From: Phoronis australis
Taxonomy: Eukaryota > Animalia > Phoronida
Assembly (NCBI GenBank): GCA_002633005.1
Contig: NMRA01000180.1
Location: forward strand, 1-34,739
Length of the DNA: 34,739 bases
Direction: 5' to 3'
The position numbers were made by a program, and so were the translations under genes. Positions within the stretch are counted from its first letter, which is position 1; each line of letters begins with the position of its first letter. The notes below the pieces were generated by a model. The model saw nothing but the letters and a program-made list of their open reading frames with translations. It did not search any database and was not told the origin of the DNA. Below are positions 32,801 through 34,739 of this stretch, one piece after another.

Positions 32801-33983
32801 CACTGACTAATCTGTCGCCTATTGGATCAAGTTTTAAATTTCAGTAAAAATATTTTGGAAAGTAATATCCTAGCAAGCACCAGCGTGATTTAACATTATA
32901 AATATTTACAATGCAGAACAAAATCCCAAGAACGATGTCAAAATTTCTAAATTTTATTTCCTTTTTCGAGGTATAAATAGGAACTTTTCAAAACTAAGAT
33001 TCTGTGCTAGAGCGACTTGTTTTAAAACAACTCACGATAATGTACATGTAGCTTCAATAATAGTGTTTGCACAACCATATATGGTATCAGACGATTGTTT
33101 TTGAGCCCGGTCAGCTATTTCTTATATCCGTTGTTCCGAATAAAACGGGGAAAGTTTTGACATGTTTTGTTTTTTTCATAGCCTTAAAAGGAGAATATTA
33201 TTTCATAAGTTTGCATTGTACTATGTTCAAGATCAACGCAAGTTACACACTTTGAGTTTCCAAATCAGTGATTGATTGTGGTTTACATTTCTTTATGTGA
33301 ATATTAATATTTTCTATAGAGGCCTCTAGATGCTCTCATTTTTTCACAATTCTGTTTTACCGACTTTTTGTCCACATTTTCATGAGACGTCATGTAAAGC
33401 CCGGAACATCTCATCCGTAACACTTCGTGTGTCATCTTTTCGTACCCTCAAAATCTCAGAGGCAAATTTCAACAGCAAGTCATGTGATCCTTAAATTTGA
33501 GGCAACGGAAATATCAATGCATGTATGTACATGTAATATACCTTAATTACGAAATGCTTTGCATGTACAAAGTTTTGAAGAAGACGACAATAGTAATTAA
33601 TTAGAATGTGGTAAGCGTGAAGTTTGCATGCTAAATTTACACGATATACCTGTAAAAGGTGACTTAAACTACATGTACTTCAGTTCGCAGAAGCATCTCT
33701 AATTCCTTTGTGGTTGTGAGTTTTTAGGAGGACACCCAAGAAGTGATCAATTTTAAGTGACTTAGACTTAAGAACGACGTGGTTCAATTGCCCCAATTAC
33801 TGATTTTGTCTTCAGTATGATTATAGAGCAACGATAATGTATAATTGTTTTTCAAATACCTGAGCTTCTGGCATTGACGCCAGTTCCCGTTAAACACAAA
33901 CAGGTTCCAAATTTCGGGTTGGTTCCGGTTATATCAGCCTCTGTTACAGCGAACAAACCGGCGAAGACGATGTACAATAGCAT
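29824..33983 (-). CDS. Secreted SH3b-like domain + peptidase M15 (Zn D-Ala-D-Ala peptidase fold) protein, 233 aa, 6 exons
   Basis: Exons (-): 33983-33860, 32616-32501, 32350-32281, 32027-31882, 31019-30915, 29964-29824; all GT-AG, 702 nt in frame. MLLYIVFAGLFAVTEA-DITGTNPKFGTCLCLTGTGVNARSSASIRASVVATLNRGECYKYAGLRLTKDGYQWFKLTYGTKSVWTVGKYLKVGSSAQCSSGGSVGKSGCGRVDYRGYRISDSKVKQDLQRIADLFCTRLWVTSGDRNGNGRSHHDVGRAADFWIDGQSSGAAIFQKIKSSGILARYYQVIWHGSRTCTGGEHIHIGRYTDNRATCWVYEGTNSNNYCSYVCGSG*. Confidence 0.88.
30103..30217. mobile_element. 115-bp MITE in an intron of the M15 gene
   Basis: TIRs catgggcggcgca / tgcaccgcccatg; imperfect 5-bp flanks ctaat / ataat; G-rich subterminal tract. Confidence 0.65.
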
Positions 33984-34056
33984 TTTGCTTAATGAGGCCT
34001 CAATACTTGATAATCACTCCAAAGCACTCTGATATTATTTTAAGGCCGATCGCTGA

Positions 34057-34063
34057 TTTTATA
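34057..34063 (-). promoter_or_regulatory. Candidate TATA box of the SH3b-M15 gene
   Basis: TATAAAA on the minus strand about 75 nt upstream of the ATG, with an Inr-like ATCAGA about 30 nt downstream of it. Confidence 0.5.
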
Positions 34064-34249
34064 ACGTCGCTGCCATGTGGTCACGCTTTGTATCTTAATC
34101 TTACTAAGTTATCTATGGCCCTGGTGCCGTGGGAATTGGAGCGTTGACGGACGAAAATAATATAAACCAAAACCGCTGTCCGATATGGAATGCCAACACG
34201 GAAGAAATTCAACACAAATTGACACAACAAGATCATGAAAATATTATAG

Positions 34250-34490
34250 TCAACATTTAAAATATTGACAAAATTTCGAAAATATTGTCGACAATTTCAA
34301 AATATCTTGTCAATATTTTAAAAATGTTACAAACGTTTTTAATAATATCTTGCCAACAATTTAATTATTAATCTGGTCTACATTTTAAAACCTTCCCAAC
34401 AGTTTAAACATCTTGCCAACCTTGTCAAAAAATCTTGCCAACATTTTTAATCTTGCCAATATTTTTAATCTTGCCACCAATTTAAAAGCA
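34250..34490. repeat. Degenerate AT-rich minisatellite (about 18-22 bp unit, atcttgccaacatttttaa)
   Basis: atcttgcca occurs at least 5 times, plus more divergent units. Confidence 0.75.
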
Positions 34491-34739
34491 TCAATATTTT
34501 ATGCGCATCCCGTATTTGGCACATCACATGATCACGGATGTCCGCCATTTGTCAGCTGATTCATGTCAAAAACTGCTACAATACAAAGGTTAAAACGTTG
34601 ATCCGTCTTTACACCTTTGGTGCGAAATTTCAGACGGCTATCCGCTGCTCTTTAGTTCCCTCGCAAGGCCGCTAGGTGTTATAATGTAGGTCACGTGATA
34701 TGCGCGAAGTGACTTGATCAATGAATCTTGATGTGGTGG

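Noticed and set aside
34131-34140. GGGAATTGGA as an NF-kB site upstream of the M15 gene
   Set aside because: It does not match GGGRNNYYCC at the 3' end.
34250-34490. CRISPR-like array
   Set aside because: The units are degenerate and adjacent, with no unique spacers; a eukaryotic minisatellite.

Overview
Animal genomic DNA with spliceosomal GT-AG introns; an invertebrate host, probably lophotrochozoan-like, is inferred rather than shown. The window holds three genes or gene fragments, reconstructed by hand from splice sites. (1) At 1-2749 (+), the 3' part of a thrombospondin type-1 repeat (TSR) gene copy, with a chimeric pseudo-exon and an early stop. (2) At 7612-24821 (+), a 17-exon gene of about 1,700 codons encoding a type-I membrane protein: PLAT domain, 25 TSRs, a transmembrane helix and a cytoplasmic tail with two NPTY motifs and an ENVYDYI motif. 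Its signal-peptide exon was not found. (3) At 29824-33983 (-), a 6-exon gene largely missed by the ORF track, encoding a 233-aa secreted protein with a bacterial-type SH3b-like domain and a peptidase M15 (Zn D-Ala-D-Ala peptidase fold) domain, a candidate horizontally acquired antibacterial enzyme. Introns and intergenic DNA carry an internally deleted Kolobok-type transposon (TTAA TSD, THAP and KolX-like remnants), two long foldbacks, several MITEs, Penelope-like and RT remnants, and microsatellites. TACATGTA is strongly over-represented, and three internal alignments show it as a TA-to-TACATGTA insertion, consistent with transposon excision footprints. Single Ns at 1568 and 3984 probably mark assembly gaps.
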